The notes beneath the pieces are model-generated. The model was not told where the DNA came from and ran no database searches. It was given only the letters and a program-made list of their open reading frames with translations. Source: an uncultured Gammaproteobacteria bacterium (GTDB lineage: Bacteria; Pseudomonadota; Gammaproteobacteria; SG8-11). Taken from it: a DNA stretch of 26,097 nt. The stretch spans positions 1 to 26,097 of the forward strand of contig CAZWBV010000002.1 of NCBI GenBank assembly GCA_964632225.1, given 5' to 3'. Positions 1 to 9,040 of the stretch are shown in pieces (the stretch's first letter is position 1; the number at the start of each line of letters is the position of its first letter). A program made the translations under genes and the position numbers.

Positions 1-1
1 A

Positions 2-247
2 ATCGCGGGTAACAGCCCGACGTATGAAAATATTAAATCAGGAAAGTATATGCTTTATCGGCCACTTTACCTTGTAACAAAAATGCGGGACAGAAACGCC
101 TTAGTGAACGATTTTATAAGCTATGTAACGAGTAAAGAAGGTAAAGAAGTCATCAGGAAAGCGGGTACCGTACCTTATACAGATGCCTTACATCTATTAT
201 CGAGACATTATCGCCAGTACAAAGAGGCGATCGATGACGGAATTTAA
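2..247 (+). CDS. C-terminal part of a phosphate ABC transporter substrate-binding protein (PstS-like), 5'-truncated by the window edge
   Basis: The frame is open from base 2 and reads IAGNSPTYENIKSGKYMLYRPLYLVTK...VNDFISYVTSKEGKEVIRKAGTVP, matching the 'I.sG.YpL.RPLY...v.dFi.f..S.eGq.ii' C-terminus of PstS-family proteins. A terminator follows. Confidence 0.7.
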   Translation: MAGNSPTYENIKSGKYMLYRPLYLVTKMRDRNALVNDFISYVTSKEGKEVIRKAGTVPYTDALHLLSRHYRQYKEAIDDGI

Positions 248-275
248 TTAAAATACAATCGTTAATCGTCATTTT

Positions 276-303
276 GGGCTAACTCGGTTTGGCCCTTTTT
301 TTT
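276..303 (+). terminator. Rho-independent terminator
   Basis: GGGCTAA-ctcggt-TTGGCCC hairpin (one G-U pair) followed by 8 T, 28 nt after the stop at 247. Confidence 0.8.
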
Positions 304-608
304 GGTCGGTTTAAGGGTAGTGCAGTGACCCATTCTCTGTAAAACACGGATAAATTAAAGGCTTATCCGCAAGTGGTTTGTAATTACCCAGCGAGACTCG
401 CGAAAATAATTTGCGCATGCTGTCTGTAAATCGTTTATCCTAAATAAATCAGTTGAATCGTAACGAGGGCGACTAAGGTGCTGAAGATAAAGTCTTTTTC
501 CCTGATTTTAGGCTCACCAAATTAACGGCAATCCCCGCAAGTATTAAAATAGATTTAAACACGAAAATATATAAATAAATAACGAATAATAGAAGGGCAA
601 AACGAAAT

Positions 609-1199
609 ATGAAAATAACTGTGTTAGTGTTGGTGTTTGTTATAGCAGGGTGTGCGATAGATCAACGAAAATACATGTTTCCAAGAGAACGAGGAACGTT
701 GCCAGACAAGGTATACAAAGTTGATGAACCATTCGAAAAAGCATGGACAACGCTTGTTAACTATGCTCCAGGAAAATATTTTACAATTAGAAATGCGAAT
801 AAAGAATCTGGATTGATCACACTCCATTTTGGCAGAACACGGCCTGGAAACTATATAGATTGTGGAAACGTACCGGTCAAAAGTCTGAATAGGTCAGTGT
901 CATATATTGGCGTTGTAGAAAATTCAGGTGCAGTAGAATTATTGGGGACAGCGAATCTGATTATAAAATCAATTGATGAAAACAATACAAGTATTTCATT
1001 CACTACGCATTATGACCTTAAAATAAAAGATGGAGACTTGCCCAAACAAACTTGGAATTTTGCCACAAATGAAAGGCAATCGAGGAATGTAGGTGAACTT
1101 ACGATTATGTGTATGTCAACTTTTGCTGCGGAAGTTGACATTGTTGCCGGCATCAACTTTATTACTGGTGGTCACACTAGGGAGGTTGTCCAAGAATAG
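609..1199 (+). CDS. Hypothetical lipoprotein; last 6-7 codons supplied by a MITE
   Basis: MK + hydrophobic stretch + lipobox VIAG-C15; 196-aa ORF. The codons from 1181 to the stop lie inside the MITE left end. Confidence 0.75.
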   Translation: MKITVLVLVFVIAGCAIDQRKYMFPRERGTLPDKVYKVDEPFEKAWTTLVNYAPGKYFTIRNANKESGLITLHFGRTRPGNYIDCGNVPVKSLNRSVSYIGVVENSGAVELLGTANLIIKSIDENNTSISFTTHYDLKIKDGDLPKQTWNFATNERQSRNVGELTIMCMSTFAAEVDIVAGINFITGGHTREVVQE

Positions 1200-1422
1200 A
1201 GAACCTACTGCGGACCTCGGTACCCCCTTGAGGGGTGAAAGCCGTTTGAGTCAAATTTTTCGATAAAACACGCTCTTTTTATAAGAGAATATACCCAATA
1301 TTTGCCTACAGGGATGTAGGCAAGGAGCGCAAGCAGGACGCGGTAGCTGCGCCTTATTTTATCGAAAAATTCTAACCAAAATGACTTTCCCTCGCAACGG
1401 TTTCTGTTCTCGGGCAGCCTCC
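1181..1422. mobile_element. 242-bp MITE with 20-bp imperfect terminal inverted repeats and a 3-bp TAG target duplication
   Basis: Left end GGAGGTTGTCCAAGAATAGA (1181-1200) versus reverse complement of the right end GGAGGCTGCCCGAGAACAGA (1403-1422): 16/20, all four mismatches transitions. TAG directly flanks both ends (1178-1180, 1423-1425). Internal perfect 15-bp IR (1254-1268/1357-1371) and hairpin TTGCCTACA-ggga-TGTAGGCAA (1302-1323). No coding capacity. Confidence 0.8.
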
Positions 1423-1446
1423 TAGTAATACTATATTGTATTCACA

Positions 1447-1734
1447 ATGAAGAAAATTAATTTTCCCTATATCGCATTGGGCTTAGGCCTTATCCTTATG
1501 TTGGTGGTCGTTAAAGGCAGTGAAGAACGTGGTGAGGCGGTTACAGCTATACCGCTGCTTAGCCTGCTTGTAATAAATGAGTTTGCATTTTTTGTAACCG
1601 CTATTGGTGCATATATAGGAATTAGGCAAATTGTGTCTGTCGGCGTCAAGCCTGTTTATGCGATAACCACTGTATTTTGTGTTTTATTATCTATCCGGTT
1701 TTTGATATTGGGGATAAATCTTTGGCCTCTCTAA
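1447..1734 (+). CDS. Small hypothetical inner-membrane protein (about 3 TM segments)
   Basis: 95-aa ORF with three hydrophobic stretches (YIALGLGLILMLVVV; IPLLSLLVINEFAFFVTAIGAYIGI; YAITTVFCVLLSIRFLILGI). Confidence 0.75.
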   Translation: MKKINFPYIALGLGLILMLVVVKGSEERGEAVTAIPLLSLLVINEFAFFVTAIGAYIGIRQIVSVGVKPVYAITTVFCVLLSIRFLILGINLWPL

Positions 1735-1992
1735 TTAGGGCTGTTCTTGTTAAACAGTTCATAGTCAATAGTAACGGAATGTTTTATGGGAAACAGTAAA
1801 AGGGATACGGCTGATCCACAATATTTATTATTCAAACAAGGCATGTTGGTATGTGGAAACGGACGAAATATTGAAATATGAGGAACTACCTGTAAAATAG
1901 TGGCGAAATATACTCATCGCGTTTGCGTTCGATGAATTAATAAATTTTAAATAACAATGATAAAATAAAAAATAGCGAGATATAAAATTACG

Positions 1993-2898
1993 ATGCTTGT
2001 TGAAAAAATTAAAAATAGGGAAAGTGGGATTATTCTTTACGGAATTACCCCGCCGAAAAAAGGAACAGATGCGGCAAAAATTGAAGAAATATCTTTGCGG
2101 CAAATACAAAGGCTTCAATCTCTCAAGGTTGATGGTTTAATTCTTTATGATATCCAAGATGAAAAATCCCGCACAGCGGTGGAGAGACCGTTTCCGTTCA
2201 TAGAGACTTTAGATTCATTTTCTTACAGCAATGAATACCTTAGTGCTTTGTCTATTCCCAAAATCATTTATAGATCCGTGGGAAAATACAGCAAAGAAGA
2301 GTTATCCCGGTTTCTGACCAACGCTTCTCCCAGAGAGAATCTAACCGTGTTTGTCGGCGCATCGTCGAAGTCTCAAGCAGTCACTTTATCAATGAATGAT
2401 GCTTACAAACTAAAAACTGAAACAAATACTGACCTTCTTTTGGGTGGTGTAACTATTCCCGAGCGGCATCAGAGTAAAGGTGATGAACATATTAGAGTTT
2501 TTAATAAAATTTCCCAAGGCTGCTCATTCTTTGTGTCACAGGGTGTTTATGATGTAAATGCATCAAAGAATTTTCTATCTGAGTATTACTATTATGGACG
2601 GGAAAATAATATTCCGCTTGTGCCAATATTATTTACCCTAACACCTTGCGGTTCTGTTAAAACGCTTGAATTTATGAAATGGTTAGGCATCAGTATTCCT
2701 AAGTGGTTGGAAAATGAACTAATTCATTCTAATGATATTCTTCAAAAATCAGTCAATTTTTCTGAACAAAGTTGGTGGGAGCTAAAGCGTTTTGCTGATG
2801 AAAAAGGAATTCCTGTCGGTTGCAATATAGAAAGTGTTGCGATCAGGAAAGTGGAAGTTGATGCATCAATCGATTTGCTGCGCAGAATTAGCAAGTAG
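1993..2898 (+). CDS. Methylenetetrahydrofolate-reductase-like (FAD-linked TIM-barrel) protein, atypical subfamily
   Basis: LYGITPPK near the N-terminus (cf. MetF FEFFPP), YDIQDE..R...RPFPF, GGVTIPERH, FFVSQGVYD (cf. ITQFFFD), LEFMKWLGISIP. Confidence 0.75.
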   Translation: MLVEKIKNRESGIILYGITPPKKGTDAAKIEEISLRQIQRLQSLKVDGLILYDIQDEKSRTAVERPFPFIETLDSFSYSNEYLSALSIPKIIYRSVGKYSKEELSRFLTNASPRENLTVFVGASSKSQAVTLSMNDAYKLKTETNTDLLLGGVTIPERHQSKGDEHIRVFNKISQGCSFFVSQGVYDVNASKNFLSEYYYYGRENNIPLVPILFTLTPCGSVKTLEFMKWLGISIPKWLENELIHSNDILQKSVNFSEQSWWELKRFADEKGIPVGCNIESVAIRKVEVDASIDLLRRISK

Positions 2899-3008
2899 CG
2901 CGGTTTTCTTTTCGAGGCGGATCGAATTATGATCTATATTTCCATGTTACGTGGCATAAATGTCAGTGGCCAAAAGAAAATTAAAATGGATGATCTGAAA
3001 TCTCTTTA

Positions 3009-3040
3009 CATCAAAAGGGGTCAACATCAAAAGGGGTCAA
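3009..3040. repeat. Perfect 16-bp tandem duplication (CATCAAAAGGGGTCAA x2)
   Basis: Read directly: 3009-3024 and 3025-3040 are identical. Confidence 0.9.
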
Positions 3041-3567
3041 AAACGTTTTATTGATTCATAGTGAATCCTGGGCCTGACCAACCGAACCCCTTAAAACTAC
3101 TAAGCAATATCCGAAATAAACGTGAATATTTACTTCTAATTAGCCCTCTATACCCCGAAAATGGTGCTTTTAAGGATGAATGAATCACTTGACCCCGCGT
3201 AAAATATTTTTATGCTCCTGTAGATGGTTTGGTCAGACCTAAGATTAGCCGAACTCTGGATGGGTTTAAAACGTAACAAGGATAAATGATGCTAATAGCA
3301 GAATTCCGGGGTCGATAGGATTAACGCCCCCCATCCATCGGCGACAGTTAATTATGCTAATCATTGTCCCAGTGTAGGTTTAGTCGTTGTGAAAGAGAAA
3401 AAACCTAACTCAAAAAAAGCGTTCATCGGGTAGTTGAGTATTGTGTCCCTAGAATTTTTTTAATACGATTTGAAAAGAATTTCATTGGAAGATTGAATTT
3501 ATAATAATATTTATTACAATAGCGGTTTGTTTTTTTGAAAAAAATCATTGGGGTCTATCGTCGTATT

Positions 3568-4377
3568 ATGAATAACATATTAAGTACGTTGGCTATTCTG
3601 TTTATCATATTCGTTGCGTTTAGTGGGTTGATGTATCTGCGTCAGCCGAGCATGACTTTTTTTCCAATCAGTGAAATAAGTGAAACACCTAAAGATTGGG
3701 GGTTTAAGTATGAAGATGTTTCGCTGCTGACTGAAGATAATATACAACTGCATGGTTGGTTTATACCGCATGAGGGGGCGACACGTACGTTGCTTTTCTT
3801 TCATGGAAATGCGGGCAATATTTCACATCGAGGTGATTCTGTAAAGATTTTTAATCGGCTTGGTCTTAATGTATTTATTATTGATTACCGCGGTTATGGA
3901 AAAAGCCAGGGCAAACCGGACGAGCAGGGCATGTATTTGGATGCCGACTCTGCCTGGCGATATTTGACGAATTCAAAAAATATTGAGCCCGAAAATATTA
4001 TTCTATTTGGCCGTTCACTTGGGGGGGCTATTGCGACAAAGCTGGCATCTGACGTTCCTGCGGGCTTGCTGATTTTGGAGTCCACCTTTAGTTCGGCTAC
4101 TGATATTGCTAAGTCTATCTTTCCACTTTTGTCATACTTTGTATATGTTCGTTTTAATTTCAATACAGAGGAACGCATTTAAAAAGTTTTTTATCCAGTG
4201 TTGTATGTTCACAGTCCTGATGATGAAATTGTTCCGTTCCGCCTGGGTGAGAAGGTATTTCGAGCAGCGAATGAACCGAAGACGTTGTATAAATTAACAG
4301 GCAATCATAATGCAGGCTTTTACCTTAGTCAGCCGCATTATGAGCAAGCGCTAAGTAAATTTTTAACTCAAAACTAG
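3568..4377 (+). pseudogene. Alpha/beta hydrolase (ABHD17/BEM46-like) interrupted by an in-frame TAA at 4180-4182
   Basis: LFFHGNAGN, DYRGYGKS and nucleophile elbow GRSLGG precede the TAA. The same frame continues KVFYPVLYVHSPDDEIVPF...LTGNHN...TQN to TAG at 4375-4377, carrying the catalytic Asp and His motifs. ATG 3568 preferred over TTG 3535. Confidence 0.85.
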
Positions 4378-4454
4378 TACACCATCAATACTAAGTTGTT
4401 GGAGTACTAGGAAAAATTTTGTGTAGGATTACTTGTTTTCTGAAAAAAGATATT

Positions 4455-5378
4455 ATGAAAATAGACAATGTAGAACAGTTAAACAATGACTTTTCATTTG
4501 ACAATGGGAGCCATACTCTGTGTTTTATTATGGGTAAAGGTGATATCCCTGTAATTGAAATACACAATGATCACGCGAGTGCGACGATCAGCCTGCAAGG
4601 TGCGCATCTTCTTAGTTGGGTCCCCGCAGGGGAAAATGAGGTTATCTGGCTATCGGAAGATGCAATATTTTTACTTGGTAAGTCAGTGCGGGGCGGGGTG
4701 CCTGTTTGTTGGCCCTGGTTTGGGGCGCATGAGAGTGATGCGTCCTATCCGGCGCATGGCTTTTCCCGTACGACCCTATGGCGGGTAACGAATACACAGC
4801 AACTATCAGCAGGTGAAACACAAGTGACCCTGCAACTGGACACCAGTGAGCTTGATGATCATATACAGCGCATGTGGCCAATGGCAACCGTTGTTGAATA
4901 TACGTTAACGATTGCCAATACCTTAACAATCGAACTCACAACATTTAACAATAGCGATCAATCGATTACTGTGGGACAGGCGCTGCATACCTACTTCAGT
5001 ATTGATGACGTGACTAACACCACCGTGTATGGATTAGAAGGTAAGGACTATCTCGATAAAACAGATGGGTTTAAACGTAAATTACAAACAGGCCCGGTTG
5101 TTATCGACGAAGAAGTCGACCGTGTGTATTTGCAAACGCCGGATGATGTTATTATAGATGATAGAAAAAGAAAAATAATCGTTAAAAAACAAGGAAGTCT
5201 GTCAACAATTGTTTGGAATCCGTGGAAAAACGTCGCGCAGAAGATGGGCGATTTGGGTAAAGACGGATACTTAAAAATGCTGTGCGTTGAATCTGCAAAT
5301 GCAGCTGAAGATAATGTTGATATTCGCGCAGGTGAGCGTTTTAAATTGATTGTCATTTATGAAGTGGGTGATGCTTGA
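4455..5378 (+). CDS. yeaD: D-hexose-6-phosphate mutarotase (YeaD-like, aldose 1-epimerase family)
   Basis: QGAHLLSW, RGGVPVCWPWFG, HGFSR, ALHTYF, VWNPW, LCVES motifs. ATG 4455 preferred over GTG 4419. Confidence 0.85.
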   Translation: MKIDNVEQLNNDFSFDNGSHTLCFIMGKGDIPVIEIHNDHASATISLQGAHLLSWVPAGENEVIWLSEDAIFLLGKSVRGGVPVCWPWFGAHESDASYPAHGFSRTTLWRVTNTQQLSAGETQVTLQLDTSELDDHIQRMWPMATVVEYTLTIANTLTIELTTFNNSDQSITVGQALHTYFSIDDVTNTTVYGLEGKDYLDKTDGFKRKLQTGPVVIDEEVDRVYLQTPDDVIIDDRKRKIIVKKQGSLSTIVWNPWKNVAQKMGDLGKDGYLKMLCVESANAAEDNVDIRAGERFKLIVIYEVGDA

Positions 5379-5545
5379 TGGGTTTTGTACAAAGAGGGAA
5401 AACCCACCTGTTGCGGGTATATATCAATATTGCGTTGATCATTTAGCAGACCATCATTAATACCCTTTTTTTATGCTTTTTTGGTGTATATGTTTCACTT
5501 AAAACCGGATATTTGCTAGAATGCCTGGTTTTTCAGAGGGTATCC

Positions 5546-7075
5546 ATGTTTCAGTTAGGTTGTTCCAGTCGGGTTTGTTTCCAAAATGAATTACTCTCGG
5601 GGTTGACCGTTGCGCTGGCGCTTGTGCCAGAAGCGGTGGCGTTTGCATTTGTCGCCGGTGTAGACCCTTTGGTCGGTCTTTATGCTGCTTTTATGGTGGG
5701 ATTATTGGCGGCAACATTTGGTGGTCGCCCTGGTATGATTTCTGGCGCGACGGGGGCAATGGCGGTTGTGATGGTCTCCTTGGTTGCTCAGCATGGCGTG
5801 GAATACCTTTTTGCTGCGGTCGTTTTAACGGGCCTAATACAAATAAGCGCGGGTTTGTTACGGCTGGGAAAGTATATACGCATAGTACCTTATCCAGTGA
5901 TGCTCGGTTTTGTAAATGGTCTTGCCATTGTTATTTTTCTTGCGCAGTTACCCCATTTTCAAGTGAGCAACCCGGACGGTAGTTGGGAGTGGATCAGTGG
6001 AACACCTTTGTGGATTTTTATTGGTTTGGTGGCACTGACTGTTTCTATTATTCATCTTTTGCCCAAATTAACCAATAAAGTCCCTTCTTCTTTAGTGGCG
6101 ATTATTGTCGTTTCGCTGTTGGTTATATTTTTTAATATTGATACCAATACAGTGGGTGATTTGGCATCAATCGAAGGTGGTTTTCCCAGTTTTCATCTTC
6201 CTGACATTCCTTTTAGCTGGGAAACGTTGGCAATTATATTACCTTATTCCATTATTTTGGCCGCAGTAGGATTGATTGAGTCATTGCTTACTTTAAGTTT
6301 AATCGACGATATAACGAATACACGTGGGCGTGGTAACCGCGAATGTATGGGGCAGGGGCTCGCTAATAGTGTCACCGGGCTATTTGGTGGTATGGGCGGT
6401 TGTGCCATGATTGGCCAAAGTATGATTAATATTAACTCCGGCGGTCGTCAACGGTTGTCTGGCATTTCTGCGGCGATTTTTTTGTTGTGTTTTATTCTGT
6501 TTGCGTCAGCCCTGATAGAAGTGATTCCGATGGCGGCATTAGTTGGCGTTATGTTTATTGTTGTTTTTGGTACTTTTGAATGGTCTAGTTTGCGAATTAT
6601 GGGAAAAGTTCCTCGCGCTGATGCGTTCGTCCTGGTATTGGTTTCCGGCGTGACGGTGATGACTGATCTTGCCGTTGCGGTCGTGGTCGGTGTCATTGTA
6701 TCTGCTTTAGCGTTTGCCTGGGAGCATGCAAAACATATTAATGTAAAAAGTTATGATGATGAAAAGGGATCGCGAGTCTATGAGCTTAATGGGCCATTAT
6801 TTTTTGGGTCAGTAAAGAATTTTCTAGAATTGTTTGATCCAGAGAACGACCCTGAAGATGTTATTATTGAATTTCAAAATTCGCGTGTTGCAGATCACTC
6901 TGCAATTGAAGCCATTGACAACCTTGCAGAGAAATACATTAAAGCCGGAAAACAATTGCATTTGCGACATTTGAGCGAAGAGTGCCGAAAACTATTAAAA
7001 AATGCAGGTGATCTGGTTGAAGTTAACGTATTAGAGGACCCACGTTACCGAGTTGCAGATGATGAACTGGCCTAA
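5546..7075 (+). CDS. SulP-family inorganic anion transporter with C-terminal STAS domain
   Basis: [52 protein letters not shown] region GPLFFGSV...[11 protein letters not shown] 5546 preferred. Confidence 0.92.
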   Translation: MFQLGCSSRVCFQNELLSGLTVALALVPEAVAFAFVAGVDPLVGLYAAFMVGLLAATFGGRPGMISGATGAMAVVMVSLVAQHGVEYLFAAVVLTGLIQISAGLLRLGKYIRIVPYPVMLGFVNGLAIVIFLAQLPHFQVSNPDGSWEWISGTPLWIFIGLVALTVSIIHLLPKLTNKVPSSLVAIIVVSLLVIFFNIDTNTVGDLASIEGGFPSFHLPDIPFSWETLAIILPYSIILAAVGLIESLLTLSLIDDITNTRGRGNRECMGQGLANSVTGLFGGMGGCAMIGQSMININSGGRQRLSGISAAIFLLCFILFASALIEVIPMAALVGVMFIVVFGTFEWSSLRIMGKVPRADAFVLVLVSGVTVMTDLAVAVVVGVIVSALAFAWEHAKHINVKSYDDEKGSRVYELNGPLFFGSVKNFLELFDPENDPEDVIIEFQNSRVADHSAIEAIDNLAEKYIKAGKQLHLRHLSEECRKLLKNAGDLVEVNVLEDPRYRVADDELA

Positions 7076-7154
7076 TCGTAACCACATTTATATCTGCTGG
7101 GCGTATCTCAGAACGTGGTCAGTGCTTAATATTGAGTAAGTAATTTTTAATATT

Positions 7155-7180
7155 AAAATATAAATTATAATTTATATTTT
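7155..7180. repeat. Perfect 26-bp all-A/T palindrome between convergent genes
   Basis: AAAATATAAATTATAATTTATATTTT equals its own reverse complement. Confidence 0.7.
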
Positions 7181-7223
7181 CCTTTGAATATTGTAATTTA
7201 AAAGCGTACTTTGAAGTTGTAGT

Positions 7224-7586
7224 TTAAAGAAGATCCGAAATCCCGCCTGCGGCTCTTTTTACATCCAGAAAAATTAAACCCAATTTTGCCTTTGGCTTGG
7301 CTAACACGGTCACTACCGCTTCATCGCCCGCTTGTGCCATTAAAACGTATCCGTTTTCGCCTTTAATTAAAATCTGATCGAGTCGCCCGCGGGTTAATTC
7401 GGACGCAGTACGCTCACAGAGTGACAACATGGCCGCGCTCATTGCACCCATGCGGTCTTCGTCAAGCGCGCTTGGTAATACGGAATCGATCATTAGTCCA
7501 TCAGTGGAAATAACCGCAGACGCTTCAATGTCAGGTGAGGTGCCGTTTAGTTCGTTTAAAATAGAATTAATCATTTCATTTCTCAT
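7224..7586 (-). CDS. Roadblock/LC7 (MglB-like) domain protein
   Basis: DIEASAVISTDGLMI..., DRMGAMSAAMLSL, LDQILIKGENGYVLM, KLGLIFLDVKRAA are typical Roadblock motifs. AAGGAG RBS 8 nt upstream of the ATG, inside the last codons of the globin gene. Confidence 0.93.
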   Translation of the reverse strand: MRNEMINSILNELNGTSPDIEASAVISTDGLMIDSVLPSALDEDRMGAMSAAMLSLCERTASELTRGRLDQILIKGENGYVLMAQAGDEAVVTVLAKPKAKLGLIFLDVKRAAGGISDLL

Positions 7587-7588
7587 TG

Positions 7589-8194
7589 CTATAACTCCTT
7601 ATTATATGTTTTTTGTGCATTCGCTGACTCTTTAGCGTCATATGCGGTTGCCAGGTTGTTAAATAATACTGTGCTCATGCCGGTGATTGATAAAAATCGA
7701 TTTAAGACTTCCGAGACCGATGCCTGATATGAGGCTTGCATAACCAGCAAAGAAAACCCAAATATTGCATTAATTGCACTTAAGACTTCAATACATTTCT
7801 CAGGTTCATCTGCATATAATTTTGAAACAATAAGGATGAGTTCATTTGTGATCAATGTTATGCCACCCGACATGAATTCAACGGGTAAATCGATTTGTAC
7901 GTGTACGTAACCAACTCGATGCATTGTTTCTACATAGGACTGGTCATATTTACCAGAAAAGACAGTTTTCAACCAAATAAGGTGAGTTTGTTTCAAATAG
8001 TCGATTCTTCCTTCAATAAAGGGTACCGCTTTTGGCACCTTTTGCAAATTGGCATAAAACCGGTCAGTTACCCCAGATAAGTGGGGTATTATTTTATATC
8101 CTGCTTCGGTTAATATCGCTTCTTTTTCAGGTGTCAATCTTGAAAACACCTTAGCGTATTGACCTATTTGTGCAAAGTCAACTGCATCCGACAT
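7589..8194 (-). CDS. Stand-alone protoglobin / globin-coupled-sensor-type globin
   Basis: DRFY (B10 Tyr), LKQTHLIWLKTVFSGKYD..Y, RVGYVHV (proximal His F8). No fused output domain, only a short C-terminal extension. GAGGAG RBS 6 nt upstream. Confidence 0.88.
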   Translation of the reverse strand: MSDAVDFAQIGQYAKVFSRLTPEKEAILTEAGYKIIPHLSGVTDRFYANLQKVPKAVPFIEGRIDYLKQTHLIWLKTVFSGKYDQSYVETMHRVGYVHVQIDLPVEFMSGGITLITNELILIVSKLYADEPEKCIEVLSAINAIFGFSLLVMQASYQASVSEVLNRFLSITGMSTVLFNNLATAYDAKESANAQKTYNKEL

Positions 8195-8274
8195 ATGATT
8201 CTCCTCTTTCTCATATTAACGATTATTGACGTACAGACACATTTTTTTCGGCCAATAATAGAGCAAAATTTCAA

Positions 8275-8934
8275 TTATGATTCGCCGTATCGGATGCTCA
8301 GTGCCCAAATCAGGTGAGTGAGCACGGGTTGGTTCAAACTGGGTGCGCCACCTATTGCCAATACAAATCGGTGTTGGCCTATATAGAGTGGCCAGAAACC
8401 TATTTGACTGTTACCCGCAGCATCAACTAACGCCCAGGCGCTGGTTTGTAGGTCTAAATTGTTGCTTAATAAGTCCAAATGACGTTCTTGTAATGAAGCC
8501 AGGTCGGCACTCAGCGCTGAAAGTTCATCAACAAATTGTTGTTGAAAACCACAACTTGCGAGATAAAGGCCCTGATGATCAGCAAGTAACGCATTACCTT
8601 CGACTGATAACGGTGCAAGTAGGCCAGGTAGTATATTTTCGAGTACATCAGCAGGCACATTTTGAGAGGATTCAGTTCCCTGGAGCCAGCCTTTTGCTTG
8701 TACACGATTGAGCAAATTCATGGCGTCGGTGTCATTATCTGCTTGAGTCCAGGTTTTCAGATCATCTAGCGTTAACAATGGGCTTCGTCTGTGTCGCAAC
8801 AGAGTGGTTAATAGTGTTCTACACGGGTCCTTTTGCGGGCGGGATACAGCGAAATAAGCCCCCGCCGGCGTCGGCATAACATAGAGCTTGTCAGCAGACA
8901 TTTCTGGGCTTTCAGCTTTTTCTTGGTATATCAT
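8275..8934 (-). CDS. Roadblock-like (degenerate, MglC-like) protein with an N-terminal helical/winged-helix-like region
   Basis: C-terminal half ALLADHQGLYLASCGF...ELSALSADL...FWPLYIG..RFVLAIGG shows the Roadblock/profilin-like strand-helix pattern. The start could instead be 8901 (MSADKLY). Confidence 0.65.
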   Translation of the reverse strand: MIYQEKAESPEMSADKLYVMPTPAGAYFAVSRPQKDPCRTLLTTLLRHRRSPLLTLDDLKTWTQADNDTDAMNLLNRVQAKGWLQGTESSQNVPADVLENILPGLLAPLSVEGNALLADHQGLYLASCGFQQQFVDELSALSADLASLQERHLDLLSNNLDLQTSAWALVDAAGNSQIGFWPLYIGQHRFVLAIGGAPSLNQPVLTHLIWALSIRYGES

Positions 8935-9040
8935 TATTGAGAACGGTTATCAGGAGACAGTACCAGCAATAAACAAAAGAAAATGTGTAATTTGTTTTAT
9001 CTTATTTTGTTTTATATTAAATCGCATATTTACACTGCTT

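Noticed and set aside
304-608. Possible riboswitch or small gene upstream of the lipoprotein
   Set aside because: No c-di-GMP, SAM, cobalamin or other consensus could be matched, and minus-strand frames give only short broken peptides.
1775-1900. Start-less frame RNVLWETVKGIRLIHNIYYSNKACWYVETDEILKYEELPVK* that looks protein-like
   Set aside because: Bounded by a TAA upstream with no recognisable family. It may be a gene remnant, but this cannot be supported without a search.
1828-2118. 96-aa minus-strand ORF
   Set aside because: Overlaps the MTHFR-like gene antisense, has Phe/Asn-biased composition typical of AT-rich shadow frames, and shows no motif.
4106-4297. 63-aa ORF suggesting a frameshifted continuation of the hydrolase
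   Set aside because: The true continuation is in the original frame after the TAA, so this ORF is spurious.
7155-7180. 26-bp palindrome as a dif site or operator
   Set aside because: It does not match the XerC/XerD dif consensus, and all-A/T palindromes arise easily in such AT-rich spacers; kept only as a descriptive feature.
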